From positions 2,114 to 58,098 of the forward strand of contig CAYRZX010000003.1 in assembly GCA_964428665.1 (NCBI GenBank): a stretch of 55,985 nucleotides of DNA, in the 5' to 3' direction. Shown here one piece after another: positions 32,815-42,370 of this stretch (positions are counted from its first letter, which is position 1; the number at the start of each line of letters is the position of its first letter). The translations under genes and the position numbers were made by a program. The stretch comes from an uncultured Gemmatimonas sp. Lineage in GTDB: Bacteria > Latescibacterota > UBA2968 > SICM01. A model generated the notes under the pieces. It was given only the letters and a program-made list of their open reading frames with translations, was not told where the DNA came from and did not search any database.

Positions 32815-32838
32815 ACCTTGAACCTTGAACCTTGAGCC
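32772..32838. repeat. Heptamer hairpin repeat (GTTCAAG / AACCTTG units), copy B
   Basis: See copy A. It overlaps the rnpA 3' end and stop codon. Confidence 0.9.
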
Positions 32839-32843
32839 TGAAT

Positions 32844-33062
32844 ATGAGTCCTGTCGCTTATATCCTCTCCTGGGCGGTCCGGTTCTACATCGCCGCCGTC
32901 TCCCCCTACACCCGGCCCCGCTGCCGGTTCCTGCCCACCTGCTCCGCCTACGCCCTGGAGGCCCTCCGGCGTCACGGCGCGGCCCGCGGCCTCTACCTCT
33001 CCCTCCGCCGCCTGCTCCGCTGTCATCCGTGGGGCGGGTCGGGCTGCGACCCGGTTCCATAG
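32844..33062 (+). CDS. yidD: Membrane protein insertion efficiency factor YidD
   Basis: [40 protein letters not shown]...[13 protein letters not shown]. Confidence 0.9.
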   Translation: MSPVAYILSWAVRFYIAAVSPYTRPRCRFLPTCSAYALEALRRHGAARGLYLSLRRLLRCHPWGGSGCDPVP

Positions 33063-33066
33063 ACAG

Positions 33067-34200
33067 ATGCCTTGCGACTCTCGCCCTACGGTGGCCCACT
33101 GCGCCAGCCCCTTCCTGAACCTGACGATGATCTGGGTCCACAGGCAGATCGCGCACCACCGCCGGTATCGTCCTGTCGTGCTGACGCAGGAGGCCCGGAA
33201 CACCTCTCACTTTCCCGTCGACACCCTCCACGACGTGGCTGGCTGGCCCGTCGCAAAACGCCTCCTCCACCGCGCCCTCCGCCGGCTGACCGGCCACTAC
33301 GCCTTCTACGCCCCCATCCTCCGCCGTGAGCGCGCCGCCCTGGTCCACGCCCATTTCGGGCAGGAGGGGTACCGCTGCCTGAGCGCCCGGCGAAAGGCGG
33401 ACATCCCTCTGGTCACGACTTTCTACGGCCTGGACGTCTCCGCCCTGCCCCGCATCCCGGCGTGGCGTCGGCGGTTCAAGCGGCTGTTTGAGGAAGGGGC
33501 GCTGTTTCTGGCGGAGGGTCCGCACCTCGGCGAGCGGCTCGTGGACCTCGGGTGTCCCCCGGAGAAGGTCCGTATCCAGAGGCTTGGCGTCGACCTGGCC
33601 GCCATCCCCTGCAGACCTGTCCGCGAGCCGGTGGACGGCGGCCAGATCGTCCTGATGTGCGGCTACTTCAACGAGAAGAAGGGCTTCCCCTATGGCGTGC
33701 GGGCGTTTGGCCGGGTCGCGGAACGACATCGAGACGCCCGGCTGCGCATCATCGGCGACGGCCCCCGCAGGGCAGAGATCGAGGCGGCCGTCCGTGAGCT
33801 GGACCTCTCGGATCGCGTGACTTTCCTGGGAATGCTCTCCGCGCCCGAGTATCTTCAGCACCTCCTGAAGGCCCACGTCCTGCTCCACCCCAGCGTCACG
33901 GCCTCCGACGGCGACACCGAGGGAGGGGCGCCCGTCACCATTCTCGAAGCCCTCGCCTCAGGACTCCCCGTTGTCTCCTCCCGCCACGCCGACATCCCCG
34001 CCGTGGCCCCTGACGGGCAGTGCGCCCTGCTCGCGCCGGAGCGGGACGTGGACGGCCTGGCAGAACGGCTCGACGCCCTGCTGTCCGACCCGGCCCTGCG
34101 AGGGCGGATGGGGGAGGCCGGCCGCCGTCACATCGAGGAACATCACGATGCGGTCAAGCAGGGGGAACGGCTGGAGGAGATATATGATGAGGTGGTGTAG
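33067..34200 (+). CDS. Glycosyltransferase family 4 (WcaL-like GT-B)
   Basis: LHPSVTASDGDTEGGAPVTILEALASGLPVVSSRHADIP motif. Start position moderately certain. Confidence 0.75.
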   Translation: MPCDSRPTVAHCASPFLNLTMIWVHRQIAHHRRYRPVVLTQEARNTSHFPVDTLHDVAGWPVAKRLLHRALRRLTGHYAFYAPILRRERAALVHAHFGQEGYRCLSARRKADIPLVTTFYGLDVSALPRIPAWRRRFKRLFEEGALFLAEGPHLGERLVDLGCPPEKVRIQRLGVDLAAIPCRPVREPVDGGQIVLMCGYFNEKKGFPYGVRAFGRVAERHRDARLRIIGDGPRRAEIEAAVRELDLSDRVTFLGMLSAPEYLQHLLKAHVLLHPSVTASDGDTEGGAPVTILEALASGLPVVSSRHADIPAVAPDGQCALLAPERDVDGLAERLDALLSDPALRGRMGEAGRRHIEEHHDAVKQGERLEEIYDEVV

Positions 34201-34209
34201 TCAGGGGCG

Positions 34210-34284
34210 AATCGGGGAAACGGGGAAACGGAGAAGCGGAGAGGTGCATTTTCCCCAGTTCTCCCTTCTCCGTTTCTCCGCTTC
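34210..34284. terminator. Repeat-built hairpin (CGGGGAAA/CGGAGAAG units and complement) between convergent genes
   Basis: CGGGGAAACGGGGAAACGGAGAAGCGGAGAGG ... CTCCCTTCTCCGTTTCTCCGCTTC. The right arm reaches the MTase stop codon. Confidence 0.7.
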
Positions 34285-34963
34285 AAGGTTTTAGGATGAG
34301 CGCCCTCCGGCTGGCTCCGCGAAGGTCGTTGACGACCTCAAAGTCGGTCCGTCGGGCGAGGCGGGCGAGGCGATGAAAGGAGGGATAGCGGGCGAGGAGG
34401 TAGAAATCCGGGACGAGCCGGAGCCTCAGGCGGCGCGTCAAAACCTTGCGGACGTTCATCGAGAGGCCATACCGGGAGCAGGGGTCGCGGTCGAACACGA
34501 CGAATACCCCCCCCTCCTTTAGCAGAGATCGGACGTTGGTGAAGATCAGGCCGTGGTCGCGCCGGTCGATCTGCTGGACCACGTCGTAGGCATAACAGAG
34601 GTGGTGCCGGCCCGCGATGTCCCCTTTCAGGAGATCCCCGACGGACAGGGCCGGCGCCGGGTTCAGGTCTTTCAACGCCTCCTTCGCCAGGTTGATCAGC
34701 GCCGGCGTGATGTCCACGCCGCGCAGGTCCGCAACCAGACCCATCTCAGCCGCCGTCTGTGCGACCGCCCGGAGCCAGTAGCCGTTCCCGCAGCCGATCT
34801 CCAGGACCCGGAAGGGAGGAGTTGAGGTGACCTGCGACAGCGCCGCCCGCAGGACCGACTCGAAGAAGGCGTGGGACTCCGGCGGATGCCGGTAGGCCGG
34901 GCCGTAGACTGTGTCGGCCACGGCGCTGAAGGCGGAGGCGATTTTTTTTACGTCTGTTTTCAC
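34283..34963 (-). CDS. Class I SAM-dependent methyltransferase
   Basis: VLEIGCGNGYWLRAVA motif. I place the start at GTG 34963 (VKTDVKKIASAF...) because the upstream 130 codons of the track ORF are made of repeat elements. Start uncertain. Confidence 0.6.
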   Translation of the reverse strand: MKTDVKKIASAFSAVADTVYGPAYRHPPESHAFFESVLRAALSQVTSTPPFRVLEIGCGNGYWLRAVAQTAAEMGLVADLRGVDITPALINLAKEALKDLNPAPALSVGDLLKGDIAGRHHLCYAYDVVQQIDRRDHGLIFTNVRSLLKEGGVFVVFDRDPCSRYGLSMNVRKVLTRRLRLRLVPDFYLLARYPSFHRLARLARRTDFEVVNDLRGASRRALILKP

Positions 34964-35029
34964 GAGTCGGCCTGTGAGGTAGGGCGAAGACTCGGCGACC
35001 GGAAAGGTATTTGTCTCAGCGTCCTTTTT

Positions 35030-35054
35030 GCCACTTTCTTTAAAAGAAAGTGGC
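35030..35054. repeat. Hairpin repeat GCCACTTTCTTT-AAA-AGAAAGTGGC
   Basis: Second copy of the 2011-2042 hairpin family. Confidence 0.6.
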
Positions 35055-35249
35055 GCAAAGAATTCCACCCCGCCTAACGCTCCTGTCCGTCGCGTTCCAC
35101 CACCCTGCTCAGGCGCCGCGCGGGCTTGGCGCGCCGTACTCTGTTCCGTGGTGTAATCTGGATTCTGTGGCAGGGCGAACCCCTTCCACCTCTCCCCCGC
35201 GCAGCATAGCTGCGCTCGTACCCCATCTTGCCTGAACGAACATCCTGCT

Positions 35250-35354
35250 TGAAAGTCGGGACGGCGCGCCCTCTTATCCTTATTGATAAGGCTGTTCCCC
35301 CTCTCCCTTCGGGGGAGGGGGGTGGGGGGAGGGGTCTGAAAGTCGGGACGGCGC
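35250..35354. repeat. 69-bp hairpin element (35268-35336) bracketed by an 18-bp perfect direct repeat TGAAAGTCGGGACGGCGC
   Basis: Direct repeats at 35250-35267 and 35337-35354. The interior has a CTTATC/GATAAG hairpin and a CCCCCTCTCCC-TTCG-GGGGAGGGGG hairpin of the C-arm/G-arm family. Confidence 0.8.
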
Positions 35355-35359
35355 ATCTT

Positions 35360-36514
35360 TCACCTTTCTGCGATCCCTTTCTTCATAACCTTCTCCTCCA
35401 GCATCAGCGCATCCACGAAGAACTTGGCCGCCCAGTTGGGGTACCGGAACGGGAGGTACGCGCCCCACAGGGGCTGCGATCCCTTGACGCCTCCCCGGAT
35501 GCCGGGGTTGCGGGAGGTCAGGTCCTGAGTCGATTTGACGAGGACGTTCATCCGGAGCGCCGCGTTCAGGAACCGGCCACCCCCTCCGACCTCGAACAGC
35601 CGCAGGCAGAGGTGGGCGAACTGGGCGCAGCCGGTCAGGCAGGCGAATCGGTCCCGCGTCTGCCAGGAGGCGTCGCAGGTCCCCCCCAGAAAACCGTCCG
35701 CCTCGAACCGGCGCATCAGCGCCTCCGCCGGCCCTTTCGCCCGCGCCACGAGGTCCTCGTCCCCCAGGATCAACCCGCACTCCAGGAATCCGCGAAGGGC
35801 ATAGACGAGGGTGTGCGTGAACGGTGGGGAGGTCTCGTCAAAGGCGCAGAGGGACAGCCAGCCGTTCTGTTGCTGCTGCCCGGAGGCCCACCGGAGGTTG
35901 CGGACCGCCGCCTCCCGATACGCCTTCTCCGGCGCAACGCCGTGAAGGTCGAGCAGGGCCCAGGCGACCCGCGTGTGGTAGGTGTGCGGGATGTCTCCAA
36001 ACGAGTGGCGACGCCACGCCCCGTCCGTGTCCTGAACCTCGACCAGCCAGGCCCCGGCCCGCGCCGCCTCCTCCCGGTAGGCCTCCTGCCCGGTCCTCCG
36101 GAATGCCTCGATCAGGCCGAAGAGGATCATGCCGGTGTTGAAGACCTCCGGACGGGGCGGGTCGTCCACCGTCCCGCCGGAGTAAGCGCCAGAGGGCATC
36201 TGGAGGCCGAGCAGCCATTCTGCCATCCGCCCCGCGCGGTCTGCGTACAGGGGTTCGCCGAGATGGTCGGCGGCGGCGTAAAAGGTGGGGATGAGGTAGC
36301 CCGTGGTCTCGGGGTAGGGGGGGTGCCATCCCCGTTTCAGGCCGTAGGCGTAGGACACGCCCCCGCAGCCGGTGGCGTCCTGGGCGCGGCAGAGCCAGTC
36401 GAGGGCCGCGAGCAGGTGGGTTCGGGTGGGTCGGAGGGGATGACGGAGGCGCAGGGCGTCGCGCAGGAGGGCGATGCCGAAGCTGAGGGGACGGAATAGG
36501 GTCTTAGAGCGCAC
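35360..36514 (-). CDS. Hypothetical (alpha/alpha)-toroid protein (prenyltransferase/terpene-cyclase-like repeat fold)
   Basis: 384 aa with repeated aromatic/Gly helical-hairpin pattern (QxxDGxW-like: VQDTDGAWRRH, QQQNGWL). Assignment is by pattern only. Confidence 0.5.
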   Translation of the reverse strand: MRSKTLFRPLSFGIALLRDALRLRHPLRPTRTHLLAALDWLCRAQDATGCGGVSYAYGLKRGWHPPYPETTGYLIPTFYAAADHLGEPLYADRAGRMAEWLLGLQMPSGAYSGGTVDDPPRPEVFNTGMILFGLIEAFRRTGQEAYREEAARAGAWLVEVQDTDGAWRRHSFGDIPHTYHTRVAWALLDLHGVAPEKAYREAAVRNLRWASGQQQQNGWLSLCAFDETSPPFTHTLVYALRGFLECGLILGDEDLVARAKGPAEALMRRFEADGFLGGTCDASWQTRDRFACLTGCAQFAHLCLRLFEVGGGGRFLNAALRMNVLVKSTQDLTSRNPGIRGGVKGSQPLWGAYLPFRYPNWAAKFFVDALMLEEKVMKKGIAER

Positions 36515-37346
36515 GGCGGAGGCCGGATTTCATCCGTCTGAAGTCGTGGCGGACCTTTGCCCAGAGCCTGTCCGTGATCCGCGCCGGCCGCGCCCGGAGC
36601 AGGCGCAGGCTCAGGTCCCACAGGCCCCGGGCGTCGATCAGGAGCAGGGAGCTGTTCCCCACCCGCGCCCGCCGGAGCAGCCCCTCGTTCTCCAGGACCC
36701 CCTCCATCGCCGCCCGGTCGGACACCGCACCCTCGTAGGACCGGTGAAGGCGCAGATAGACCGTGCGCTCCCCCGCCCCGGTCACGACCCGGCACGGGGT
36801 GGGCGGCGTGCATCGGGCGTCCGGCTCGGCCTCCTCCTCAGGGCCGTGGAACATGGTGCAGTAGAAGGTCCCGACGCCGATCATGAGCACGTGGCCGCCC
36901 GCGCGGGCGATGCGCCCCCAGGGGGAGTCCGGGCCGCAGGGCGTGGGTGAGTGCTCGTGGCCCTTCAGCAGCTCCTCCGCCCGCGCCCCGAAGGCGGCCA
37001 GGGAGTGGGTGGGGTGGAGGCTCCGTCTCACGCCGGGCCGCCCCCGGAACCGCTCCGGGATGCGCCCCACGATGCCGGGCGTGGCGCGGGGGTCGAATGG
37101 CGGAGGGGGACGCCTGGGGCCGTAGTCGCCGTAGGAGAGGGTCGGCATGCAGACCGTGCCCGTTGGTCCGACCACGGCGATCAGGGCGTCGATCACGGCG
37201 TCCTCCCCCCCCTCCACCCAGCCGAAGCTCCTGAGGGCGCTGTGCGCGACCACGACGGCGCCGGCCCTCAACCCCACCTCGCGCAGCCCCTCCTCAATCA
37301 TCGCCTGCGTGACCACCGGGCGGCCATCCGGGAGAGACCGGCTCAT
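36504..37346 (-). CDS. AAC(3)-family N-acetyltransferase (Antibiotic_NAT fold)
   Basis: VVVAHSALRSFGWVEGG..VIDALIAVVGPTGTVCMPT...HPTHSLAAFG typical of PF02522. ATG 37346 has a GAGGGGA RBS. Confidence 0.7.
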   Translation of the reverse strand: MSRSLPDGRPVVTQAMIEEGLREVGLRAGAVVVAHSALRSFGWVEGGEDAVIDALIAVVGPTGTVCMPTLSYGDYGPRRPPPPFDPRATPGIVGRIPERFRGRPGVRRSLHPTHSLAAFGARAEELLKGHEHSPTPCGPDSPWGRIARAGGHVLMIGVGTFYCTMFHGPEEEAEPDARCTPPTPCRVVTGAGERTVYLRLHRSYEGAVSDRAAMEGVLENEGLLRRARVGNSSLLLIDARGLWDLSLRLLRARPARITDRLWAKVRHDFRRMKSGLRRAL

Positions 37347-37360
37347 CGAGTCCCCTCGCC

Positions 37361-40300
37361 CTATGCCATATTCCTGCCGTGGCATTTCTTATATTTTTTT
37401 CCGCTCCCGCAGGGGCAGGGGTCGTTCCGGCCCACCTTCGGCCCCACGCGCACGGGCTGGGTCACGACGGGCCCCTCCTCCGGGGCGTTGGTGGTCATTC
37501 CCTCCCGCGAGGGGACCTCGGGCGCGTCCCCGAACCCCCCGATCTCCTGGTGGATCGCCGTGATGCGCTCCGGGGCCCGGCGGCGGGAAGGCATCCGGGC
37601 CGGGGCCTCCTCCGCCATCGGGATGCGGAACAGCGCCCGGAGGGTCTCCCGGTTGATCTCGTCCAGCAGCCCCACGAACATGTTGAACGCCTCTTTCTTG
37701 TACTCCACGAGGGGGTCGCGCTGCCCGTAGGCCCGGAAGCTGATCCCCTCCTTGAGCTCGTCCATGTTGTAGAGGTGCTCTTTCCACTTGTCGTCGATCA
37801 CGCTCAGGGTGACCCCCCGCTCGATCTGCCGCATCTGCTCCGCCCCGAAGGCCCGCTCGCGGCGGGCGTAGGCGTCCCGGACCACGGCCCTGACCCGCTC
37901 CTTCAGGTCGTCCACGCGCGTGATCTGCGCGTCCTCCCCCTGGAAGGTCGGCGCGACCAGGAAGACGCCCCGCAGGTCCGCCTTCAGCCCCTCGAAGTTC
38001 CACCCCTCCGGGTGGTCCTCCTCGTTCGTCTGCGCGTCCACGACGGCCTCGGCCACCTCGTCGATCATCTCCTGGACCTGGTCCGACAGGTCCGCCTGCT
38101 CCAGGGCGTAGCGCCGGCGGTCGTAGATCACCTCCCGCTGCTGGTTCATGACGTCGTCGTACTCCAGGAGGTGCTTCCGCATCTCGAAGTTGCGGGCCTC
38201 CACCCGGCGCTGCGCCCGGCTGATCGACTTGGTCACCATCGAGTGCTCGATGACCTCCCCCTCCTCCGCGCCCAGCCTGTCCATGATCGTGGCGATCCGG
38301 TCCGACCCGAACAGGCGCATCAGGTCGTCCTCCAGGGAGATGAAGAACCGGGACGAGCCGGGGTCCCCCTGCCTGCCGCTGCGCCCCCGGAGCTGCCGGT
38401 CGATCCGCCTGGCCTCGTGCCGCTCGGTCCCGATGATGTGCAGGCCGCACGGCACGTCCTCCCGACAGGTGTAGTCTCTCAGGTGGGGGCAGAGGGGGCG
38501 GCGGTCCTTCGCGTTGAGCACGAGGGCGCACATGTGGTCCTCCGGGGCCCTGACCACGCCGGGGCCCAGCTTGATGTCCGTGCCGCGCCCCGCCATGTTC
38601 GTGGCGATGGTCACCGCCCCGGCCTGCCCGGCCCGCGCCACGATCTGCGCCTCCTGCTGGTGGTAGCGGGCGTTCAGGACACTGTGCTGGATACCACGCT
38701 GCTTCAGAAGGCGGCTCAGGAGCTCCGACACCTCCACCGAGATCGTGCCCACCAGGACCGGGATGCCCTTCTCGTGCAGCCGGGCGATCTCCTCGACGAT
38801 GGCGTTGTACTTCTCCCGCTTGGTCTTGTAGATGAGGTCGTCGTAGTCGATCCGCCGCACCGGCTGGTTGGTCGGGATGACCGTCACGTCCAGCTTGTAG
38901 ATCTCGAACAGCTCCGCGCTCTCCGTCTCCGCCGTGCCCGTCATCCCGGCCAGCTTGTCGTAGAGCCGGAAGTAGTTCTGGAGGGTGACCGTGGCGATGG
39001 TCTGCGTCTCCTGCTCGATCTGGACGCTCTCTTTGGCCTCGATGGCCTGGTGGAGGCCGTCGGAGTAGCGGTGGCCCGGCTGCGGCCGGCCCGTGTATTC
39101 GTTGATGATGACCACGCGCCCGTTGTCCACGATGTACTGCACGTCCTTCTCGTAGAGGGCGTAGGCCTTCAGGAGCTGGTGGACGTTGTGGATGGCCTCG
39201 CTCTTCAGGGCGTAGGCCCGGTGCGCCTCGTCCTGCCGCTTGACCTTCTCCTCGTCCGGCAGGGCATCCTCCTCGATCTGCTGGAGGTCCACGCTCAGGT
39301 CGGGCAGCACGAAGGCGTCCTGCTCCTCCGGGGACAGGGACGCCCGCCCCCGCTCCGTCAGGTCCACGAGGTGGCTGCGCTCATCCACGCTGTAGTAGAG
39401 GGGATCGTCGATCTCCCCCATCCGCTTGTCCCGCAGGTAGTCCAGCTCCACGCGGGTGATCAGCTTCTTGATCCCCTCCTCCTGCAGGAGCTTCATGAAC
39501 CGCCGGTTCCGGGGCGCGCCCCGCTGCACCTGGAGGAGTCTGATCCCGGTGTCGTAGTCGTCCTTCCCCTCCTGAATCATCCGCTCCGCCTCCGCCAGGA
39601 TGCGGTTCACGACCTCGGTCTGGCGGCGGACCAGCTTCTGCACGAGGGGCTTCATCTCCTCGTAGCGGTGGGTCGATTCGGGGACCGGGCCGGAGATGAT
39701 CAGCGGGGTGCGCGCCTCGTCGATCAGGATGCTGTCGGCCTCGTCCACGATCCCGAAGTGGTGCCCGCGCTGCATGATGTCCTCCACGCGGACGGCCATG
39801 TTGTCGTAGAGGTAGTCGAACCCGAACTGGTCCTTCGATCCATAGGTGATGTCCGCGGCGTAGGCGTCCTGGTGCTCGCAGGGGACGATCTGGAACCTCT
39901 CCCCCTCCTGCGTCAGCAGATAGGCGTCCGCCTGCTCCACGCGCCGGTCCTGGATGATCCCCACCGTCAGGCCCAGGAACAGGTAGATCGGCCCCACCCA
40001 CATGGCGTCCCGCCGGGCCAGGTAGTTGTTCACCGTGACGAGGTGGACGCCGCGGGCTGTCAGGGCGTTCAGGTAGATCGGCATGGCGGCCACCAGGGTC
40101 TTCCCCTCGCCCGTGGCCATCTCCGCGATCTTCCCCTGGTGCAGCACGACCCCGCCGATGAGTTGCACGTCGTAGGGGACCTCCCGCCAGGTGACCTGCT
40201 CCCCGGCCCGCTCGAAGGTCAGCCCCCGGTCCCGGAATCGCCGGCAGACCTCCTTGACCACGGCATAGGCCTCGGGCAGGACCTCGTCCAGAACCTCCGC

Positions 40301-40600
40301 CTCGATCGACCGGATCTCCTGCTCGGTCTCCCCGACCTCCTCCATCAGCGCGGTCCGCTCCTCGGTGGACATCGGCTCCCGAAGACGCCCCTGCATCTCC
40401 GCGAGGTCCTTCCGGAGGTCCGCCGTCTCCTCCGTCAGCCTCGCCCTGAACGCCGCCGTCCTGGCCTTCAGGGCCTCATCGGGCAGCCCGCGCAGGGTCT
40501 CGCAGGTCGCGTTGATCTCCTCCACGATGGGCAGGACCTTTTTGATGTCCCGCTCGTGCTTGTTCCCGAAAACCTTCGTCAGCCAGCCTGTCGCGCTCAT
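37361..40600 (-). CDS. secA: Preprotein translocase subunit SecA
   Basis: 1079 aa with MATGEGKTL Walker [55 protein letters not shown], and C-terminal zinc motif [14 protein letters not shown]. Confidence 0.97.
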   Translation of the reverse strand: MSATGWLTKVFGNKHERDIKKVLPIVEEINATCETLRGLPDEALKARTAAFRARLTEETADLRKDLAEMQGRLREPMSTEERTALMEEVGETEQEIRSIEAEVLDEVLPEAYAVVKEVCRRFRDRGLTFERAGEQVTWREVPYDVQLIGGVVLHQGKIAEMATGEGKTLVAAMPIYLNALTARGVHLVTVNNYLARRDAMWVGPIYLFLGLTVGIIQDRRVEQADAYLLTQEGERFQIVPCEHQDAYAADITYGSKDQFGFDYLYDNMAVRVEDIMQRGHHFGIVDEADSILIDEARTPLIISGPVPESTHRYEEMKPLVQKLVRRQTEVVNRILAEAERMIQEGKDDYDTGIRLLQVQRGAPRNRRFMKLLQEEGIKKLITRVELDYLRDKRMGEIDDPLYYSVDERSHLVDLTERGRASLSPEEQDAFVLPDLSVDLQQIEEDALPDEEKVKRQDEAHRAYALKSEAIHNVHQLLKAYALYEKDVQYIVDNGRVVIINEYTGRPQPGHRYSDGLHQAIEAKESVQIEQETQTIATVTLQNYFRLYDKLAGMTGTAETESAELFEIYKLDVTVIPTNQPVRRIDYDDLIYKTKREKYNAIVEEIARLHEKGIPVLVGTISVEVSELLSRLLKQRGIQHSVLNARYHQQEAQIVARAGQAGAVTIATNMAGRGTDIKLGPGVVRAPEDHMCALVLNAKDRRPLCPHLRDYTCREDVPCGLHIIGTERHEARRIDRQLRGRSGRQGDPGSSRFFISLEDDLMRLFGSDRIATIMDRLGAEEGEVIEHSMVTKSISRAQRRVEARNFEMRKHLLEYDDVMNQQREVIYDRRRYALEQADLSDQVQEMIDEVAEAVVDAQTNEEDHPEGWNFEGLKADLRGVFLVAPTFQGEDAQITRVDDLKERVRAVVRDAYARRERAFGAEQMRQIERGVTLSVIDDKWKEHLYNMDELKEGISFRAYGQRDPLVEYKKEAFNMFVGLLDEINRETLRALFRIPMAEEAPARMPSRRRAPERITAIHQEIGGFGDAPEVPSREGMTTNAPEEGPVVTQPVRVGPKVGRNDPCPCGSGKKYKKCHGRNMA

Positions 40601-40647
40601 GGGTGATGATCTCCCGTCGTCGGAACTCAGCCGACCTAACCCCCTAA

Positions 40648-40726
40648 CCCCCTTCCCTAAAGGGAAGGGGGAATATGCAAGTCTTCTCCCCTCTCCTTCA
40701 GGAGAGGGGACGGGGGAGAGGTCTCC
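40648..40726. repeat. Two C-arm/G-arm hairpins (CCCCCTTCCC-TAAA-GGGAAGGGGG; TCCCCTCTCC-TTCA-GGAGAGGGGA..GAGGTCTCC)
   Basis: Between the metallophosphoesterase stop and the secA start. The second hairpin is about 90% identical to 2204-2245. Confidence 0.8.
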
Positions 40727-40729
40727 TTT

Positions 40730-41449
40730 TTACCTCCCCAGCGCCAAGCGCTCCGCCAGGGAGGGCGGCAGCCCGGCCGCCACGATCCTGGCCTGAGCGC
40801 CCGCGATGTCGTACGCCACGCGGACGATCTGGACCTCCCGCCGGTCCTGATCCCACAGGGCGAACGCCGCACGGGGGTCGAGGTCGCGGGGCTGCCCCAC
40901 GCTCCCCGCGTTGGTCACGTACCGGCATCCGTCTGAGATGGGCGATGAGGCGGCCATCTCCCGGCCGCGTCCCCTGGCGACGCAGATGAACGCCACGTGC
41001 GAGTGCCCGAGGAAACAGAGCTGCCAGCCCGTCTGCGCGAAGCACGCCTCCGCGTCGTAGGCGTCGAACACGTAATGCCACGCCTCCGGCTCGTGGGGGG
41101 TCGCGTGGACGAACAGGGTCATTTCCGTCGAGAGGGTCAGGGGGCGCTCCCGGAGGTAGTCGGCGTTCTCCGGGGTCAACTGCCCGGCGGTCCAGACCGC
41201 GGCGGCCCGCGCCAGGGGGTTGAAGGCGTCCAGGTCGGTCAGCCCCAGGGCGGCGTGGTCGTGGTTGCCTGCCACTGTCCGGTCCGTCAGCGCCCGCATC
41301 CGTTCCACGCACTCGTTCGGGCTGGCGCCGTAGCCCACCAGGTCGCCGAGGCACACATAGTCGTCCACACCGGACGCCCGACACGCAGCGAGGACCGCCT
41401 CCAGGGCCTCCAGGTTTCCGTGGATGTCCGAAAGCACCGCCGTCCGCAT
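40730..41449 (-). CDS. Metallophosphoesterase family protein
   Basis: AVLSDIHGNLEAL, GDLVGYG, GNHD, GHSH motifs. Confidence 0.8.
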   Translation of the reverse strand: MRTAVLSDIHGNLEALEAVLAACRASGVDDYVCLGDLVGYGASPNECVERMRALTDRTVAGNHDHAALGLTDLDAFNPLARAAAVWTAGQLTPENADYLRERPLTLSTEMTLFVHATPHEPEAWHYVFDAYDAEACFAQTGWQLCFLGHSHVAFICVARGRGREMAASSPISDGCRYVTNAGSVGQPRDLDPRAAFALWDQDRREVQIVRVAYDIAGAQARIVAAGLPPSLAERLALGR

Positions 41450-41458
41450 AGGCCGCCC

Positions 41459-41890
41459 CTACGGTTTCTTCACTATTCCCCGCTTCTTGACGATCGCGTC
41501 CAGGATGCCGTTGATGAAGCCGGGGGACTCCTCCCCGCCGAACCGCCGCCCCAGCTCGATGGCCTCGTCGATAGAGACCTTGACCGGGATGTCGTCGAAA
41601 CAGAGCATCTCCGCCAGCGCCATCCGGATCACCGCGCGGTCCACGCGGGCGAGGCGCTGGACGTCCCAGTGCTCGGCCACCTCCGCGATCATCGCATCCA
41701 GGGCCTCCCTCCTGGCGAGCGTCTCCGCGCCCAGGCGGACGGCGAAGGCCCTGGAGGGGGCGTCGAGATGGGCCATCTCCGACGCGCCCTGCACGGCCTT
41801 CTCAAAGGGGTCGCCGGAGCTCTCGACCCAGTACAGGGCCTGCAGCGCAACCTCCCGCCCCCGCCTTCTGTCCGCAAAGCCCTTATTCAC
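41459..41890 (-). CDS. nusB: Transcription antitermination factor NusB
   Basis: [16 protein letters not shown]... typical NusB, downstream of ribH as in many bacteria. Confidence 0.85.
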   Translation of the reverse strand: MNKGFADRRRGREVALQALYWVESSGDPFEKAVQGASEMAHLDAPSRAFAVRLGAETLARREALDAMIAEVAEHWDVQRLARVDRAVIRMALAEMLCFDDIPVKVSIDEAIELGRRFGGEESPGFINGILDAIVKKRGIVKKP

Positions 41891-42363
41891 CGCTTTTCGA
41901 TCTTTTTCACCAGGCTCGCCATCTCAATCGCCCCCAGCGCCGCGTCCCACCCCTTGTTCCCGGCCTTCGTCCCGGCCCGCTCGATGGCCTGCTCGATGGT
42001 GTCCGTCGTGAGCACCCCGAACAGGACCGGCACGCCGGAGGAGAGGGAGACGTGGGCGATCCCCTTGGAGACCTCGCTGGCCACGTAGTCGAAATGGGGC
42101 GTGGCCCCCCGGATGACGGCCCCCAGGCAGATCAGGGCGTCGTAGCGCCCGGACCCGGCCATCTTCTGCGCAATGGGCGGGATCTCGAAAGCCCCCGGCA
42201 CCCAGGCCACGTCGATCTTCCCCTCGTCCGCGCCGTGACGGCGCAGGCAGTCGAGCGCCCCCTCCAGCAGCTTCGACCCGATCAGCTCGTTGAAGCGACT
42301 GACCACGATCCCGAACCGCATCTCTCCGGCGGAGAGAAAGTTGCCCTCGATGACGTTTGGCAT
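41887..42363 (-). CDS. ribH: 6,7-dimethyl-8-ribityllumazine synthase
   Basis: [37 protein letters not shown]. Confidence 0.95.
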   Translation of the reverse strand: MPNVIEGNFLSAGEMRFGIVVSRFNELIGSKLLEGALDCLRRHGADEGKIDVAWVPGAFEIPPIAQKMAGSGRYDALICLGAVIRGATPHFDYVASEVSKGIAHVSLSSGVPVLFGVLTTDTIEQAIERAGTKAGNKGWDAALGAIEMASLVKKIEKR

Positions 42364-42370
42364 AAATCCC

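Noticed and set aside
28857-32838. Hairpin repeats as integron attC sites and the four-gene block as integron cassettes
   Set aside because: The repeats lack the RYYYAAC/GTTRRRY core sites. No intI integrase or attI is in the window. The same repeat architecture occurs between ordinary operons on both strands.
28700-33100. Replication origin next to rpmH-rnpA (DnaA boxes)
   Set aside because: There is no dnaA gene and no cluster of TTATCCACA-like boxes. The only near match I noticed (TCTGGATAA at about 51248) is isolated and far away.
35250-35354. Insertion sequence or autonomous transposon
   Set aside because: The element is only 69 bp with no ORF. No transposase or integrase gene is anywhere in the window. 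I kept it only as a possible non-autonomous element.
34964-35356. N-terminal extension of the 357-aa methyltransferase ORF
   Set aside because: It is translated from stacked repeat and hairpin elements, including the 18-bp duplication and C-arm/G-arm hairpins. The methyltransferase fold begins only after about 34963.
37379-40606. 1075-aa ORF antisense to secA, and the 380-aa alternate frame 37389..38531
   Set aside because: The reason is the same: secA on the minus strand carries all the canonical motifs and these frames carry none.
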